From assembly GCA_950097015.1 (NCBI GenBank), contig CATNEN010000007.1:7316001-7380000 (forward strand): 64,000 nt of DNA. Direction: 5' to 3'. The translations under genes were made by a program, and so were the position numbers. This DNA is from Macrostomum hystrix (lineage: Eukaryota > Animalia > Platyhelminthes). This document shows positions 61,330 through 64,000 of this stretch, one piece after another (position 1 is the stretch's first letter; the number at the start of each line of letters is the position of its first letter). The notes beneath the pieces are model-generated. The model was given only the letters and a program-made list of their open reading frames with translations. It had not been told where the DNA came from and made no database searches.

Positions 61330-61476
61330 GTGAGCTCACAAAAACTCATTTTTACACCCTTTGTTATCCCATTCAAATGGAGTGTGAATCCCTAGCAAGT
61401 GCCTCAACAGTCAATCACGGCACAATCACGACTGTCAATTGTATTTTTTCTATATCCCTTTATCCGTCTTAGTATC

Positions 61477-64000
61477 TGTTATGTAGTGACTTGCAGCCAG
61501 CGCGTATACGCTGAGTACACCGCGCTGGCAGCTGTCTGTTAACTGGCTGAATATCATTTCATTGTGCGGTGCAGCCATGTGCAGCCAGCGCGCGTACGCT
61601 GAGTACACCGCGCTGGCAGCCGTTTGGTTAACTGGCTGACTTTCAAATCATTGTTCGCTCTATTTTATCACCCCCTAATCCTTACACCCAACGTGCTGTC
61701 GCATAAAATATATATCGCTGTTCTCAGGAGCGTGGAGCTCTGACTGTTTACGTTTCGTTCTAAATACCACCAGTCTAGAGTTATTTCAGTGGCGACGAGA
61801 CTTGGGCCCAGCCATGCCGGCCCACGGAATCGGAGAATTTGAAGACTCCGTCGAAACCTGGGATGAATACCAGGAGCGCCTGGAGCAGCATTTTCTCGCC
61901 CAGGACATCACTGACGAGGGCAAGAAGAGAGCAACCCTGCTGAGTGTCTGTGGAAGGAAGACGTTTCAATTGGCTAGAAGCCTGTGCTCTCCAGCCAAAG
62001 TTGCTGGCAAATCGTACGACGACATCTGTTCGCTGCTGAGCGGTCATTTCAACCCGAGACCAAGTGAGATCGTCCAAAGGTTCCACTTTAACAACCGAGC
62101 CCAGCGTGCTGGAGAGACTGTGGCAGAGTTTCTGGCAGAGCTGCGGATGCTGGCCGAGTTCTGCAACTTTGGCAACAGCTTGTCGGACATGCTGCGGGAC
62201 AGACTGGTGTGCGGCATCGCGGATCAGCAAATCCAACGCCGGCTGCTGATGGAGCCGACCCTCACCCTCGACACAGCAAAGGAGATCGCTCGGGCGGGCG
62301 AATCGGCAGCCATCAACTGCCGGTCGCTGGGATCAGCGAACTCGGCAGCACCGACGCCATCGACGGAAAGCGACGCTGTGCTACGGATGGAGCGGCAGCG
62401 ACCAGAGGAAGACAGCAGACAGCTGGGAGCCGAAAGTCGTCGGCGCTGCTTTCGCTGTCTCTCAACCCGTCACCTGGCCAGCAAGTGCCCCTTCGTGGAC
62501 AAGCGCTGCTTTAAGTGCAGCAAGACCGGACACACAGCGAAGGCCTGTAAGACAGATGCACTGCGGCAGCAGCAGACACACCAGCTGGTGGAGCAGGTGA
62601 CCACGAGCGCGAGTCCAGATGAGGTGTCGTATCCGTTTTATCATCTGGGGGCGGATCGGCCGCAGTCAAGTTTTCCACCGATCAGGACATCGGTTTTTAT
62701 CGAAGGGCGGCAGCACGAGATGGAGGTAGACACAGGTGCATCTGTATCGCTGATGTCTGAGCGCACATTCAAGGCGAACCTGGACGGACTGGTTACACTG
62801 TCCCGGTCAACGATTCAACTCAGCACCTACACCGGTCAGACCGTGCGCGTGCTCGGCCAGCTGTCCGTCCGCGTGCGAGTGTCCGCCGACTCTGATGAAG
62901 CGCAACTGCGGCTTCTCGTTGTCGCCGGCGACGGTCCGAGCCTCCTCGGTCGGGATTGGCTGGCTCAGCTGCGCCTGGACTGGCAGTCGGTCAAGCGCAT
63001 CGGTGACCCTGCTGAGAAGCTCATCAAGGAGTTCTCAGATGTCTTCCAAGGCCTGGGAGAGTTCAACGGCAAGCCAGTGTCTATCAGTCTCAAGGAGACC
63101 GCCAGACCGAAGTTCTTCAAGGCGCGACCTGTTCCTTTCGCGCTGCGTGAAAAAGTCGAACAGCAGCTGCAGAAGGAAATCGACCAAGGAGTGCTGATGC
63201 CGGTCAAGAACTCCGACTGGGCGTCACCGATCGTGCCAGTGATGAAATCGGACGGCAGCGTCCGCGTCTGTGCAGATTTCAAGCAGGGAGTCAACACAGC
63301 GATTCGGCCGGAGGCGTACCCCCTGCCAAACATCGACGAACTGTTCGCCCGGCTGACTGGCGGGCAAAAGTTCTCTAAGCTGGACCTGACCAACGCATTT
63401 ATGCAGCTTCCGCTGGACGAGGAAGCCCAAGAGGTCTGTACAATCAACACTTCCGTCGGACTCCTGCGCTACACCCGACTGCCTTTTGGGGTGTCGATTG
63501 CCCCAAGCGTCTTCCAACGAGTGATGGACAACCTGCTGCGTGGAATTCCGCACACAGCATCCTTCATCGATGATGTCATCATCACGGGAGAGGACGACGC
63601 GAGCCATCTGCACAATCTCAGAGAGGTCCTGAGGGTCTTCAAGGAATCCGGCCTGACCTGCAAGCTCGAGAAGTGCAGATTCTTCCAGGACGAGGTCACG
63701 TACCTGGGTCACCGCATCGACGCAGAGGGACTGCACCCACTCGACGACAAAGTCCAAGCCGTGCTAGATGCACCAGCACCGACGAACACGACTCAGCTCA
63801 GGAGCTTCTTGGGCCTCATCAACTATTACGGGAAGTTCCTGCCGAATCTCTCCAGCGTGCTGGCACCGCTACACCGGCTGCTGGAGAAAAACTCGAAGTG
63901 GCGGTGGGACCGCGGTGAGGCCAAAGCGTTGCCGCAGCAAAGCAGCTACTCACGCATTCAAGTGTCCTGGTGCACTACAATGCGGCAGAGGACCTCTACC
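61477..64000 (+). mobile_element. Second Ty3/Gypsy (Mag-like) LTR retrotransposon in NALCN intron 13, truncated by the window end
   Basis: Putative 5' LTR 61477-61788 (TGTT...TTCA, with an internal duplication); PBS-like TGGCGACGAG at 61790; ATG at 61814 opens gag (WDEYQERLEQHF, LRDRLVCGI, CFRCLSTRHLASKC, CFKCSKTGHTAKAC), protease EVDTGAS and RT (WASPIV, RLPFG, FIDD); apparent 1-nt deletion near 63930. The ORF is absent from the ORF track, consistent with having no stop inside the window. Confidence 0.92.

Overview
Eukaryotic (invertebrate) genomic DNA with spliced genes. The UbdA-type (Lox2/Lox4) Hox gene points to a spiralian. The GC-rich codons, poly-Ala/Gln tracts and minisatellite-filled introns resemble a free-living flatworm such as Macrostomum; this is inference only. 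Host genes: the last exon of an unknown gene, SSR3/TRAP-gamma (2 exons), an SLC22-like MFS transporter (2 exons), an acidic terminal exon, an OATP/SLCO transporter (4 exons), a Thr/Ser/Gly mucin-like membrane protein, a Lox2/Lox4-like Hox gene (2 exons), a small 2-TM PPxY protein, and NALCN (13 exons seen, continuing past the window). Mobile DNA: two related RNase H-bearing non-LTR retrotransposons, two Ty3/Gypsy LTR elements inside NALCN introns (one with identical LTRs and a TSD), degraded Gypsy, Tc1/IS630-like and MULE remnants, a MITE, and a tRNA-derived SINE. The best candidates for something undescribed are both in the leader of the larger LINE: a folded 5' domain plus about 3.7 copies of a 97-nt multi-hairpin repeat whose substitutions preserve pairing on the sense strand, and a 3' splice acceptor 5 nt before the ORF1 ATG (possible spliced-leader capture). 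Also notable are a Ca-channel-like E-E-E NALCN filter with a divergent domain II pore exon, intron-specific minisatellites (some built from CAG|GTA or CCAAT units), and sharply bounded CpG-depleted domains. All calls were made by eye; no searches or folding programs were run.
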